From IMG/VR virus record IMGVR_UViG_3300024500_000029: a stretch of DNA of 64,000 nt; one strand, 5' to 3'. The notes below the pieces were generated by a model. That model had not been told where the DNA came from. It did not search any database and saw only the letters and a list, made by a program, of their open reading frames with translations. Positions 1-10,576 of this stretch are shown piece after piece (the first letter of the stretch is position 1; each line of letters opens with the position of its first letter). The position numbers and the translations under genes are program-made. The DNA is from an uncultured virus (IMG/VR IMGVR_UViG_3300024500_000029). Its lineage: Duplodnaviria > Heunggongvirae > Uroviricota > Caudoviricetes.

Positions 1-1
1 T

Positions 2-1756
2 ACTACTGCCTATGTAGTTACACCTGGTGTAGAATCGGGCGGCGTAGTTACAACTCCTGCTAATATTACTTTTGATACTGGCGATCTTCCAGCTAACAGT
101 GACGTAATTAGTATTAGAATCTTTACAACAACTATTCGTAGAGAAATAACTAACCTAGGACCTACCCCAGGATATAGTGCAGAAGTAGCTCTACTGCAAA
201 GTAATAATGTAGCAATAACTGGTAATCTACTACCAAGTGCAAATGTAACCTACGATCTAGGTAGCAATACTGCACGTTGGAACGATTTGTATATGTCTGG
301 TACTACGATTTATCTAGGCAACATACAGTTGTCCAGCGCAGGTGGCGTATTAACTGTAACAGATAGTGCTAATAGCCCAGTTGCATCTAATGTATCCGCT
401 CTAAATGCTACTGGCAATATTACTACATCAGGCGGTTGGTTTATAGGTAACGGTGCTTTCCTAACAGGGCTACCAGCTGGATATACTAACTCCAATGTAG
501 CTGCCTACTTACCAACCTACACAGGCAACATTGCCGCTGGGAATGTAATAGTAACATCGGCAGTAATAGCGTCCACGGTTAATGCAGCCACAATTGGTAA
601 TACTGGTGCTATTATTACTGGTACTAATGTCACTGCTACCAGTACAATGACAGCAGCAACAGTTAATGCTAATACGATTGGTAACACAGGCGCCACAATC
701 ATTGCTGGTACTGTTAGCGCAGGTACAGTGGGTAACACAGGAACAACCTTGGTTGGTACCTTGACAACTGCTGCACAGCCCAATATTACAAGTGTGGGTA
801 ACCTAACTTCACTAGTTGTTAATGGACCAACAACACACGTTGGTAATATTGATATTACTGGTAACATTAATGTTTACAGTGGTAACCTAAATTATTCCAA
901 CGTTTCAAGCTTTGTGGTAGGTGATCCACTAGTTTACTTCGGAGACAATAATAACTCTAACAGTGTAGACCTAGGTTTTGTAGTTGGATACAATCCTGGA
1001 GTTTACCAACACGGTGGTTTTGTACGCGACGCAACTGATGGCGTTTGGAAGTTGTTTGGTAATGTCGTAGCAGAACCTACTACCACTGTAGACTTCACCA
1101 ATGCAATCTATCAACCCATACAGACTGGTGCGATTACTGCCAACGGTAATATCACTACAACAAGCAATGTTAGTGTTGGTAATCTATTATTAAGCGGTAA
1201 CATTATAGATACCGGCGCTCTAGGTATCAATTCTGGTGCAAATGGTAATATAACACTAAATGCAGGTACTGGAAGTGTCATCCTCAACAGCGGCGTGCTT
1301 AATGGCCAAGCTAATGGCGTTGGCAACATTGGTAGCAGTACTACATACTTCAACACAGTGTTTGCCAAGGCAACATCAGCACAATATGCTGACTTAGCAG
1401 AACATTATACAACCGATGCTGAGTACGAACCTGGCACAGTTGTTATGTTTGGTGGCGATAAGGAAGTTACAATTTGTGGCGAAGAAATGAGCCGTAGAAT
1501 TGCTGGTGTCGTATCCACCAATCCTGCTTACATTATGAATGCCGGCATCCTAGAAACTAGCGTGGCTGTGGCACTCCAAGGTCGAGTACCAACCAAGGTC
1601 AAAGGTCCAGTGCGCAAAGGTGATATGATGGTCAGTGCAGGGGATGGTTATGCAAGAGCCGAAGACGCTCCTGTACTTGGTAGCGTTATAGGTAAAGCAC
1701 TTGAAAACTTTGACGGAGACCTAGGCGTAATAGAAGTAGTAGTAGGTAGAATTTAA
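2..1756 (+). CDS. Tail fibre/spike-like virion protein, 5'-partial, with C-terminal intramolecular-chaperone (peptidase G2-like) domain
   Basis: Frame is open from base 2 through the listed ORF 287..1756. G/N/T-rich low-complexity repeats; C-terminal AQYADLAE...GVVSTNPAY...VALQGRVP...IGKALE pattern typical of fibre chaperone domains. Confidence 0.75.
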   Translation, partial: TTAYVVTPGVESGGVVTTPANITFDTGDLPANSDVISIRIFTTTIRREITNLGPTPGYSAEVALLQSNNVAITGNLLPSANVTYDLGSNTARWNDLYMSGTTIYLGNIQLSSAGGVLTVTDSANSPVASNVSALNATGNITTSGGWFIGNGAFLTGLPAGYTNSNVAAYLPTYTGNIAAGNVIVTSAVIASTVNAATIGNTGAIITGTNVTATSTMTAATVNANTIGNTGATIIAGTVSAGTVGNTGTTLVGTLTTAAQPNITSVGNLTSLVVNGPTTHVGNIDITGNINVYSGNLNYSNVSSFVVGDPLVYFGDNNNSNSVDLGFVVGYNPGVYQHGGFVRDATDGVWKLFGNVVAEPTTTVDFTNAIYQPIQTGAITANGNITTTSNVSVGNLLLSGNIIDTGALGINSGANGNITLNAGTGSVILNSGVLNGQANGVGNIGSSTTYFNTVFAKATSAQYADLAEHYTTDAEYEPGTVVMFGGDKEVTICGEEMSRRIAGVVSTNPAYIMNAGILETSVAVALQGRVPTKVKGPVRKGDMMVSAGDGYARAEDAPVLGSVIGKALENFDGDLGVIEVVVGRI

Positions 1757-1815
1757 ACTTCTAGAACTTTGTATTATTAGTAGGGGCTAGGCCCCTGCTA
1801 AATTAAGGCTATTAA

Positions 1816-2565
1816 ATGCAAAAATTATATAGAAAAGATTATCTAGGTGAGTATTTAATTACTGGCTCGGATCGTGTGAGAGGTAAAGCCATCTATGAGC
1901 GAGTATGGATGCCCAACACAATTAACAATTACAATACTGGCTATGCGGTTGTATTAGGTAATGGACCAAGTAGACGTGATCTCAATCCCTATACTGAAAT
2001 GTATTATCAGCATATGGGCGGAATGAACGCTAGTAAAAAATTAACAGTATATGGTTGTAATTCAGTTTTTAAGGAAGCTAAAGTTCACTTTCTAGTAGTC
2101 AACAATCCTGAAATCGCAAGACAGACTGTAAATTCTGGATATGCTGACAATAATGTAGTACTAACCGGTCGAGCAAATATTGAACTTTTTCCTAATAAAT
2201 TTCATTTAGTGCCCTATAATGTTAGAATGAATGCCGGCGCTATAGCTACATATCTAGCAGCATTTGATGGACATAAAACTGTTTATCTAGTAGGAGTAGA
2301 TCTAGATAATTATCCTCGGGGACAAAATTCAATCTATTACGATACACCAGGTTACCCAAACGGTCATAAACCCATTAATTACAGACGTTGGGTTCAAGAA
2401 TACAAAGAAATTTTTGAAACTTATAATGATGTAAACTTTGTAAGAGTGTCGCGTGGTGTTAACAGTCCTATTCCCGAAGAATGGGCTAGATTGCCTAACG
2501 TAGAACAAATGCCCTACGATAGATGGAAAAAGATAATTGATCTTGGAGCACAGGGAGCAGGCTAA
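1816..2565 (+). CDS. Hypothetical protein, possible glycosyltransferase-like (MAF/DUF115-type) fold
   Basis: VVLGNGPS, YGCN and VYLVGVD motifs; lies next to the tail-fibre gene. Confidence 0.45.
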   Translation: MQKLYRKDYLGEYLITGSDRVRGKAIYERVWMPNTINNYNTGYAVVLGNGPSRRDLNPYTEMYYQHMGGMNASKKLTVYGCNSVFKEAKVHFLVVNNPEIARQTVNSGYADNNVVLTGRANIELFPNKFHLVPYNVRMNAGAIATYLAAFDGHKTVYLVGVDLDNYPRGQNSIYYDTPGYPNGHKPINYRRWVQEYKEIFETYNDVNFVRVSRGVNSPIPEEWARLPNVEQMPYDRWKKIIDLGAQGAG

Positions 2566-3008
2566 TTCTGTTCTTGTTCTCGAATTTTATCTCTGTTTGC
2601 TTTTACATTAAAGGTTCGCCAAACTCCTGGGTGCAAAGGTTTAGGATAATCGTCTAATTTAACCCAGCAGTATCCCTTGTGCTCTTGATTTAGTTCAGGA
2701 ACAAACTCTTCATCTACTTTAATTAAAAAAGTATGATAGGTAAAATTATTTTTTGTATTATGGTAAGTTTCTATTGGTACAAAGATAGCATCACTAATAC
2801 TGCCGCCAAGCTCCTCGCCAATTTCTCTACGTAATCCGTCAAGCACAGTTTCATTAGCTTCTATTTTTCCACCAACAATACCCCATTTGTTAGCTTGACG
2901 CCCATTGTTGCGCAACAAAAACAAATATCTCATAGTTTTTGTGCATAGGATAAGGGAACCACAATTAATACTGGGCTGTTGATCTGATTTTAAATTATTA
3001 ACTGCCAT
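2562..3008 (-). CDS. NUDIX hydrolase
   Basis: Nudix box GGKIEANETVLDGLRREIGEELG (GX5EX7REUXEEXG). Confidence 0.9.
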   Translation of the reverse strand: MAVNNLKSDQQPSINCGSLILCTKTMRYLFLLRNNGRQANKWGIVGGKIEANETVLDGLRREIGEELGGSISDAIFVPIETYHNTKNNFTYHTFLIKVDEEFVPELNQEHKGYCWVKLDDYPKPLHPGVWRTFNVKANRDKIREQEQN

Positions 3009-4603
3009 TGGCCACCTTTGTAGATTCCTTCGTAGGTCTTAGACCAATTGCCATTGAAGAATCTATAATGCATATTGGTGTTAAGATTTACGACATATTC
3101 TACACTATCTGCCAGGGTACTGTCAAAACTTACTACCCAGTGTGTGCCTGTATATTGAATAATATCATTTGCGTGAGCAGTTATTCTTGTACCATCCACT
3201 CCTAACCAATTATAACTGTAATCATCTACATCGTAGCCTTCAGCATCAACATTGTAGTCATAGGCTAACAAATAACGTGTGCCCTGAACGGGCTCAGGAA
3301 GTTCTTTGCTGGGTCTATTTTTCCTAGGATCAATTATAGCGTTTACTGGATTTAAGGTGGTCTGGGGTACACTGTCTATATCAGCAGTCCATAGTAAAAC
3401 ATTGTTATTGTTGGGGTGGTAGGCTACAGTGCCTACTAGTGTATTTTCACTGTCTATTTCATATTTAATTCTAGTACTACCGCTTACTAGATTACCATAT
3501 AACACTACCAGATCTCGCCAATTGTGACTTTGCCCTATTTTTTCTGGCATTGCAGTAAAGCTAAGTCTATCATCCACGCTTACATTAACAAATTTATTAA
3601 CAGTAACCACGTTTTCGTCCACACTGACTACTGTTGTTAATACTCCACCTATATTGCTTACCATTCCGGGATTTATATCAAAACCGGAACTTAAGGTAAT
3701 ACTAGTATTACTAGACGTATTTGCGGTTGCCCTTTTCCATATATTAACACCCAGGGGGTCTACCGTGGGACTAGAATATTTTACCAGTTGGATTTCCGCA
3801 GTGGGATTAGCGTAATCGGAACTGTTTACTTTAGTTACTAATATACTATAATCTAAAGGTGTATAGTAATTTCTAGTAAACAAATTACTGTCATCCAAGA
3901 TAGCGTCTGATATTTCACCATTAACGTCATAGATACTTGAAATAATTTTATGTATTACTCCCTGGCGTTTCACAATAGCAGGTGGGCTAATCCAAATTGG
4001 AACTTCAAATGTCAAAGTACTAACATCAATATTGTCTCCAGTTCCAACTGGTACCGTTCTGTTAGTAAATCCTGTATCAGTTAACAGTACATAACTAAGG
4101 CTACTCCAGTCTATATAATTATCAGTGCTTTGCACCTCAATCGCTGGATTAAAGATACTACATATCTGTTCTAAAAGCTGAAGTTTTTGCTCAGTATTAC
4201 TAGTCCAAATATCTAATTTTATTGTCAGTGTGTAGGGCACTGGCATCATTCTTTCTACTGTGACTGCGTCCCCCTGTTGCGTAGTGTAGGCGCCGGTCAA
4301 AGGATCAATAGCACGTTGTGTTAGGTGTAATTTGCTTACAAAACTAGGATTCTGTACTCGGTTACGATCGTAACGCATAGCAGCAATATAAGCTGACATA
4401 GCTGGAACACTGTTTAAATAGTTTTCACTATTATTTTTAAGAATAGCTAATGCCTGTTTAGTGCCGTCACCATAAATTACAGGAACTCTTTTTAAAGACT
4501 TTACATTATCTGTATTAAACTCAACATAAAAATTACTTAAAAGCCTTATAAACTGTGTTAAAAAACGTCTTACCTGACCGTCGTAAAAATAACCGCTGTG
4601 CAT
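2990..4603 (-). CDS. T4 gp15-like tail terminator/sheath stabiliser with C-terminal extension
   Basis: N-terminal YFYDGQVRRF, VPVIYG and VPYTLTIKLDIWTSNTEQKLQLLEQI...FNP resemble gp15-family proteins; neck-gene context. Confidence 0.7.
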   Translation of the reverse strand: MHSGYFYDGQVRRFLTQFIRLLSNFYVEFNTDNVKSLKRVPVIYGDGTKQALAILKNNSENYLNSVPAMSAYIAAMRYDRNRVQNPSFVSKLHLTQRAIDPLTGAYTTQQGDAVTVERMMPVPYTLTIKLDIWTSNTEQKLQLLEQICSIFNPAIEVQSTDNYIDWSSLSYVLLTDTGFTNRTVPVGTGDNIDVSTLTFEVPIWISPPAIVKRQGVIHKIISSIYDVNGEISDAILDDSNLFTRNYYTPLDYSILVTKVNSSDYANPTAEIQLVKYSSPTVDPLGVNIWKRATANTSSNTSITLSSGFDINPGMVSNIGGVLTTVVSVDENVVTVNKFVNVSVDDRLSFTAMPEKIGQSHNWRDLVVLYGNLVSGSTRIKYEIDSENTLVGTVAYHPNNNNVLLWTADIDSVPQTTLNPVNAIIDPRKNRPSKELPEPVQGTRYLLAYDYNVDAEGYDVDDYSYNWLGVDGTRITAHANDIIQYTGTHWVVSFDSTLADSVEYVVNLNTNMHYRFFNGNWSKTYEGIYKGGQWQLII

Positions 4604-4616
4604 TATCTATCCTTGA

Positions 4617-5996
4617 TTAATTATCTGCTTCGGGTGTTAGGCCCTTGCTCAATGACACCTGTGTGGGATGTTGACGGCCATCATAACCAGTATAGGTGCC
4701 TGCTGTAGTTCTAAAATATTCTCTTTGTGTTTTATTTTCGTGACTATTTGGCGTTAGATCTGTTCTACGGAAATCTTCTACTTTGGTCCAGCGACGCCCA
4801 TCATATCTAAATAATCGGTTAGGCACGTAGTCAGTACGTAAAACGTAATCTCCTATGTTAGCACTAGCAGGAAAACTTGTTCTTGCAGCAACATCCAGGC
4901 CATTGGGAGTAGAACTTCCACTTATATAGGCGTCTAGTGCCTTTTGGGGAGTGAGCAAACCAGCATCAGATTGTGTGACCCTACTATCTGTGTGCAGTGT
5001 AGTGCTGTCAGTTCTAGTACCTAAAGTGTCACCACTACCCTCATCTATCCGTTTACTTCCAATAAAAAATGGAGTCGTATCATAACCTGAAGCAGGTACG
5101 TCAATATCTGCTTGATTTATTATTGCATCATTGATGTTTAGTAACTTGTCGTAGTTACTTAAATAGTTACCCACTGGTGTGGTTTCATCAGTGCCAGTAA
5201 TCTTGTTAATAATATCCTTGTATTCCTGACTATCCACCAGGGGTGTCATTTTTACACGTACAAGGTGAGGCCACCAGGTTTGGCTAAAGCCCTCGGCTGC
5301 AAATATTACCTCTTGAACTACGTAAAATCTTTTTAGGGCCAGTGGTATATCATTGTCTAGGGGATAATAGTCTGTGAGGTGTGGTAGTTCTATAACATCT
5401 CCACTAAGTATTTTTCTACCTAGTGCAGCCACAGTGTCATTTAAATGAAAAGTCATTAGCACTGTATCAGCACTTAAAAATAGACCAAATTGTGACAGGT
5501 CGTAATCGTGGTCACTTACCTGATAAATTCCTCTTAGGCTATAGATACTGCTATCATATTTTCTATCACGATTTTCTAAGAATAATAAATCCTGGATGTT
5601 CTGTTCTGTTTGATTAGTGTACACTGGGCGATCAGCACTACGCCAAAAAATACTAATGGGCTGCGTTGTACTGATAGTTTCTGTTGTATTAATACTTAAA
5701 TTCACTGTGTTCGCCACAGTGTTTACAGCAGTAATTGTGGTATTCGCTGCTAGCCCTGGGCCCTGTACTACTTGCCCTATAGATAAATTCACCACCGTGT
5801 TATGGCTAAAACTTAAACTTGACACATTGGCATTTGCGGTGCTGGTCAGGGTATAACTATTGGCATAGTTGTTGCTACCAAGATATTTGTGTAAATATAC
5901 TCCAGTACCACCAATTGTAAATATTTCGCTCACACGGCGATCTATAAACTTATAATCGTTACTATGAGCATTTTTCCATAATGATAAGCGTGGCAC
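4617..5996 (-). CDS. T4 gp14-like neck/head-closure protein with insertions
   Basis: LFLENRDRKY, DLSQFGLF and GDVIELP motifs; adjacent to the gp15-like gene; GTG start. Confidence 0.6.
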   Translation of the reverse strand: MPRLSLWKNAHSNDYKFIDRRVSEIFTIGGTGVYLHKYLGSNNYANSYTLTSTANANVSSLSFSHNTVVNLSIGQVVQGPGLAANTTITAVNTVANTVNLSINTTETISTTQPISIFWRSADRPVYTNQTEQNIQDLLFLENRDRKYDSSIYSLRGIYQVSDHDYDLSQFGLFLSADTVLMTFHLNDTVAALGRKILSGDVIELPHLTDYYPLDNDIPLALKRFYVVQEVIFAAEGFSQTWWPHLVRVKMTPLVDSQEYKDIINKITGTDETTPVGNYLSNYDKLLNINDAIINQADIDVPASGYDTTPFFIGSKRIDEGSGDTLGTRTDSTTLHTDSRVTQSDAGLLTPQKALDAYISGSSTPNGLDVAARTSFPASANIGDYVLRTDYVPNRLFRYDGRRWTKVEDFRRTDLTPNSHENKTQREYFRTTAGTYTGYDGRQHPTQVSLSKGLTPEADN

Positions 5997-6052
5997 TTTG
6001 TAGAATCCTTGGGTTATTATATATTTACTTATATTTACCCTATTTGAAAGCT

Positions 6053-6081
6053 TTGACTTTTACGCTGAGTCAGTGTATAAT
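6053..6081 (+). promoter_or_regulatory. Sigma70-type promoter
   Basis: TTGACT-17 bp-TATAAT. Confidence 0.7.
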
Positions 6082-6093
6082 GGATCTAGAAAA

Positions 6094-6354
6094 ATGAATT
6101 CCTACGCAGAATATCGGGAAAAATTAGAAAATTTAACCAAATTGGCAAAGTCTATTGCCAATGGTGAAGCTAGCAGTCAGCTGCTGAAAATGTTAAATTC
6201 TAGTTATTCTATACTCAACGATATCAATCAGGAATCAGTTACTTGTCGTAGACTGAGGCGAGAAACACCGGATTTTATTAATTTGAAAAACAAGTTGGAC
6301 CAATATATAAAAGATGTAGAATATTGGTTGACTATTGCTCAACTTACTTACTAG
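6094..6354 (+). CDS. Hypothetical protein
   Basis: ORF 6073..6354; the ATG at 6094 is preferred because the listed GTG overlaps the -10 box. Confidence 0.6.
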   Translation: MNSYAEYREKLENLTKLAKSIANGEASSQLLKMLNSSYSILNDINQESVTCRRLRRETPDFINLKNKLDQYIKDVEYWLTIAQLTY

Positions 6355-6362
6355 GAGTTATT

Positions 6363-7493
6363 ATGGTTAAAGTTGCCCGAGTTAAAAATGATCTTAGATC
6401 AAGCCATCTGGGAGACGAAAAATATACAGGTTCCGAGCCACATTGGGATACTGAACTAGCTTTAGAAATGTCTCAATCTGAGTTTGATGGCCATCTTAGG
6501 AAAAGTTTTTTCTATTATAACTACCATTTTACACAAAAAGACCTTAAAAAATATGTTGTAGAATGGATGCAACAAAATAACTATTCTAAGTCTGATCTAT
6601 CTGCTTTTATTAGGAGTCCTGATCGCAGCATACCTATAACAGCCTGTAGTATTGCTAGAGCTCATAAACGAGGTATGCCATTGCGGAAGCGTGAGATAGA
6701 TTTTCTTAAAACCAGTATTATAAACGCTATTGAACAAGCTGAGCCTGTTGTTGTAGAGGAAATTAAAACTCCCAATCAGGTAGTAACGATCCAGGATAGG
6801 CTTAATGAAAAAACAAGTTTGACTATTGGGGAACTGGAAGGCTACTATGATGACCTGGAATCTATTAAGTTTTATGATTTTCTAACTACGCAGAACGTTG
6901 CACAGGCACAATTGGGCAAAATTGAAAAAGTTTATCTAGATAGGCGTGCGGAATTAGAGACTGCTCAGACCAAGAAAGATGCACAGTTAGCAGAAGCCTA
7001 TGGTCATTTTAAAGCAGCCGACTTTAAAAAACGCTATGCCTGGATAGATGGTTTATTGGAAGCAATAGATCAGTATAGGAATGTTAAACGTGCAACCAAG
7101 AAAACAAGAGTTAAACGAGCGCCCAACAAAGAGAAACTTGTTGCCAAATTAAAATATCTTAAAGAAGAAAAAACACTTAAACTAGTAAGCATTGACCCTA
7201 CTAGTATACTAGGGGCACAGCAACTTTGGGTCTACGATAGCAAGACCCGAAAGCTTATACAGTATATTGCTGACGCAGTAACGGGGCCGTTGGGAGTCAA
7301 AGGAACTAGTTTAACTGGTTATGATGCTGCAAAGAGTGTGTGTAAAACACTGCGCAAGCCTGAAGAACAACTAAAGTTGTTTGCTAAAGCTGGTAAGGTA
7401 GAACTACGGAAGTTTTTGGCAGGAATTAAGGCTGTGGAAACACAGGCTTCTGGACGTATTAACGAGAATCAAATATTACTTAAAGTTGTATAA
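6363..7493 (+). CDS. Hypothetical phage protein
   Basis: Long ORF; AGGAG RBS precedes the ATG at 6363. Confidence 0.75.
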   Translation: MVKVARVKNDLRSSHLGDEKYTGSEPHWDTELALEMSQSEFDGHLRKSFFYYNYHFTQKDLKKYVVEWMQQNNYSKSDLSAFIRSPDRSIPITACSIARAHKRGMPLRKREIDFLKTSIINAIEQAEPVVVEEIKTPNQVVTIQDRLNEKTSLTIGELEGYYDDLESIKFYDFLTTQNVAQAQLGKIEKVYLDRRAELETAQTKKDAQLAEAYGHFKAADFKKRYAWIDGLLEAIDQYRNVKRATKKTRVKRAPNKEKLVAKLKYLKEEKTLKLVSIDPTSILGAQQLWVYDSKTRKLIQYIADAVTGPLGVKGTSLTGYDAAKSVCKTLRKPEEQLKLFAKAGKVELRKFLAGIKAVETQASGRINENQILLKVV

Positions 7494-7495
7494 TA

Positions 7496-8182
7496 ATGGA
7501 TATTGCAGCAGATTTAAAAAATAAAAGAGTGCTAGTAACCCAGGCCAACGATATGATGGGCCCTGCCATTGTGCAGGTGTTTCAAGAGCTGGGAGCAAGA
7601 GTTACTGCGGACATCAATACCCTTGAAGATCCTGACTATCCCCAAACTCTTATTAGCAAAGTAGGAATAGTTGACGTCCTAATAATTGGGGCAGGAATAC
7701 CTGGAGATAGCAATAAAGCTGAAAATGTAACCGATGAAATTTGGCGTAAAACTTTTGCCTATACGGTTGATCCCTTGCCTAGACTGGTAAAAGCAGTTCT
7801 TCCACAAATGTTGTTACGTAAATCAGGAAAAATTATTGTAATAGGAAGTGCCGCAGCTCTAAAAGGTCAAGATAGATCTACAGTATATAGTGCAGCTAGG
7901 GGAGCTCAATTATCCTATATACAGGCACTTGGGGTAGAATTAGCCGAGCACAATATACAGGCAAATGCTATAGCACAAAATTTTGTAGAAACTGAAATGT
8001 ATTATCCTAAAGAAACGATATCTACAGAAGCACTACAACAAACAATAAAACACACTGTACCCCTTGGGCGTATGATGTCACCCTTCGAAAGTGCCCATTT
8101 TGTTGCCTACCTAGCTAGCTCATACGCAGACTGTTTTGTGGGGCAAATATTTCCAATATCAGGAGGTTGGGTCACACGCTAG
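7496..8182 (+). CDS. SDR-family protein, halohydrin dehalogenase (HheD-type)-like
   Basis: Catalytic S-x12-Y-x3-R (GSAAALKGQDRSTVYSAAR) instead of SDR Y-x3-K; N-terminal TQANDMMG replaces TGxxxGIG; VDPLPRL, AIAQNFV and DCFVGQIFPISGGW segments. Confidence 0.75.
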   Translation: MDIAADLKNKRVLVTQANDMMGPAIVQVFQELGARVTADINTLEDPDYPQTLISKVGIVDVLIIGAGIPGDSNKAENVTDEIWRKTFAYTVDPLPRLVKAVLPQMLLRKSGKIIVIGSAAALKGQDRSTVYSAARGAQLSYIQALGVELAEHNIQANAIAQNFVETEMYYPKETISTEALQQTIKHTVPLGRMMSPFESAHFVAYLASSYADCFVGQIFPISGGWVTR

Positions 8183-8213
8183 GTCAAAATAAATAAAGTC
8201 AAGGACAACCAAT

Positions 8214-9401
8214 ATGCCACAAACACTTAATTTATCTACTGCCTATAACAGATCCAATCTGGACAATCAAACTCTTAACCAACAAGACAATCTTAGTGTT
8301 TATGCCCTAAGCTTAGACGGCCCCGGGGTCATTAGCCAAGATCAAGCTATAGCAGTTAACGAACAAATCCAGACGCTGAATCAACTAAGAAATGATATCA
8401 TTGATTATGTTAGATTGAGATTGGGTGATCAAATAGTAGACGTAGAATTGGATAAAGAGCACTACGATATAGCCATTAAACAAGCACTTACTAGATATCG
8501 TCAACGTGCTGGCAATGCAGTAGAAGAAAGCTTTGTGTTTCTAGACTTACTGCCTGAAACTCAGGAATATATACTACCTAACTATATAGACACAGTCAAG
8601 GCTATCTACAGACGAGGCATAGGAAGTGTGACAGGCACTACAGCTAGCCAATTTGAACCGTTTGCGTCAGGATATCTTAACACCTATATGCTAGTAGCTG
8701 GAAGAGTGGGCGGATTAGTTAACTATGAACTGTTTAGTCAGTACCAGGAACTTGCAATGACTATGTTTGGTGGCTATATTAATTTTACCTGGAACAAAGT
8801 TACTAAAAAACTATCGCTTGTAAGAAAACTGCCCTCTCAGAGCATAACCTATTTCAGGATCGCAAATGTTAATATAACTGGCACAGCGGTGGGTTCGGAT
8901 ATTACATTTGTTCTTTCTCAAGCACAACCTGTTATAGCTGGGGATACTTTATTTGTTAAAAATTGCCAACTAGAAGGATACAATGCTCAGTATAGAGTAA
9001 AAAGCGTAGCTAACAATAATACAGAAATCACAGTGGAAGCCCTGCAAGAGCTAGGATCAAGTCTTACTAGTGGCCAAATAGCCGAGCTAAAAGTACATAG
9101 CCCACAGATTGATGGTTTTACGGAAAGTGTAATTTTGCACGTTTACAATACTAAACCCGACAGTATGTTAATAAGTGATCCACAGATCCTACCCTGGATT
9201 CAGGATTATACTCTTGCATTCTGTAAAAGTATTCTGGGGCAAGCTCGTAGTAAATTTACTAGTGTAGCAGGTCCTCAAGGAGCAGGGCAATTAAATGGAA
9301 CTGCACTTCTTGCTGAATCACAGCAAGAAATGGATCGCCTAGACGAAGAACTAAAGCGATATATTGACGGTTCTCAGCCACTTACTTGGGTAGTTGGTTA
9401 A
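8214..9401 (+). CDS. T4 gp13-like neck protein (head-tail adaptor)
   Basis: YVRLRLGDQIVDVEL...AIKQAL N-terminal motif and WIQDYTLA...LGQARSKF...GPQG...LNG C-terminal motif. Confidence 0.75.
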   Translation: MPQTLNLSTAYNRSNLDNQTLNQQDNLSVYALSLDGPGVISQDQAIAVNEQIQTLNQLRNDIIDYVRLRLGDQIVDVELDKEHYDIAIKQALTRYRQRAGNAVEESFVFLDLLPETQEYILPNYIDTVKAIYRRGIGSVTGTTASQFEPFASGYLNTYMLVAGRVGGLVNYELFSQYQELAMTMFGGYINFTWNKVTKKLSLVRKLPSQSITYFRIANVNITGTAVGSDITFVLSQAQPVIAGDTLFVKNCQLEGYNAQYRVKSVANNNTEITVEALQELGSSLTSGQIAELKVHSPQIDGFTESVILHVYNTKPDSMLISDPQILPWIQDYTLAFCKSILGQARSKFTSVAGPQGAGQLNGTALLAESQQEMDRLDEELKRYIDGSQPLTWVVG

Positions 9402-9468
9402 CATCGTCTAATAGATTGACTAGTGATCCTGTATAGTATATCCTATACAGGATTTTTCTTGGATTGTT

Positions 9469-10119
9469 ATGAATAAAAAAATTATAGGACTAGCTGGCTG
9501 GATAGGAGCAGGTAAGGACACCGTTGCGGATTATTTGGCAACACATCATCATTTTAGAAGGGAAAGCTGGGCAGGATCTCTTAAAGATGCTGTGGCTACT
9601 ATTTTTGGCTGGGATAGGGAAATGCTGGAAGGACTAACTTCTGAACACCGAGCCCAAAGGGAGATCGTAGACGATTGGTGGGCTACGAGACTAAAAATAC
9701 CAAATCTGACTCCTCGCTGGGTATTACAAAAATGGGGCACTGAAGTTGCAAGAACAGCTTTTCACAATGATATCTGGATAGCCAGTTTAGAAAATAAGCT
9801 AAGAAATACCCAACAAAATATAGTTATTAGCGACTGTCGCTTCCCCAATGAAATTAAAACAATACAAAAACTAGGTGGAGAAGTCTGGTGGGTATCCCGA
9901 GGTGAATTGCCTGAATGGTATAATGTAGCCTATAGACAAAATACCACAAGCTACGATGCTCATTGGATACTACAGGATCAGACTCAATTGATGGAACAGT
10001 TATATCCCGATGTACATCTAAGTGAATGGGCCTGGGTGGGCTCGGAATTCGATGTTATTATAGAAAACAATGGTTCAATCCAGGATCTTTGCCTAAGCAT
10101 TGATCAAAAAATAAACTAA
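9469..10119 (+). CDS. Deoxynucleoside monophosphate kinase (T4 gp1-like)
   Basis: P-loop GWIGAGKDT, plus LKD, TPRWVLQKWGTE, SDCRFPNE and HLSE motifs. Confidence 0.88.
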   Translation: MNKKIIGLAGWIGAGKDTVADYLATHHHFRRESWAGSLKDAVATIFGWDREMLEGLTSEHRAQREIVDDWWATRLKIPNLTPRWVLQKWGTEVARTAFHNDIWIASLENKLRNTQQNIVISDCRFPNEIKTIQKLGGEVWWVSRGELPEWYNVAYRQNTTSYDAHWILQDQTQLMEQLYPDVHLSEWAWVGSEFDVIIENNGSIQDLCLSIDQKIN

Positions 10120-10472
10120 TCAGATCTAACATTACTTTCTCGCCAGTGTAATTTACTATATTGAAGTTCCACTCTACAATTTAGACACACAGTTTTTAAG
10201 TTGTTGTGATCACAGTTTCTAAGATCTCCATCTAGATGAAATACACTGGACTGTTCGGGGTATTTTACTTTAAATCCGCACCTTTCACATAGGTTCTTTT
10301 TCCTGTAACCAGCCTTGATCCAGCCCTGAAGTTGTGGTGGGACTTTTTTACCTATTCGTATACACGCATCACATAATTTTCTATAGTAGATTCTGCCTGT
10401 ATTATGATTATGTTTGTTGACTGCTACTGGGCGTAGGTGACAAGTTGGGCAAATTTTACGTCGTTCTATCAT
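10116..10472 (-). CDS. Zn-binding HNH-like protein
   Basis: CxxC pairs plus HLDGDLRNCDHNNLKTVCLNC; start placed at MIERRK after a TAAATA motif. Confidence 0.55.
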   Translation of the reverse strand: MIERRKICPTCHLRPVAVNKHNHNTGRIYYRKLCDACIRIGKKVPPQLQGWIKAGYRKKNLCERCGFKVKYPEQSSVFHLDGDLRNCDHNNLKTVCLNCRVELQYSKLHWRESNVRSD

Positions 10473-10533
10473 ACATTTATTTAACGAAACCGTAAGTAAG
10501 GGCATTTTAGTACCATTTTTTCTAGCCAAGTGC

Positions 10534-10539
10534 TAAATA
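10534..10539 (+). promoter_or_regulatory. T4-like late-promoter core TAAATA (representative copy)
   Basis: TAAATA (often GCTAAATA) recurs shortly upstream of many starts: 10534, 14671, 17684, 26599, 29725, 47590; full TATAAATA at 37305 and 44016. Confidence 0.6.
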
Positions 10540-10576
10540 ACTATAACGACTATTAAGTTAGTATTAGGAGAACAAA

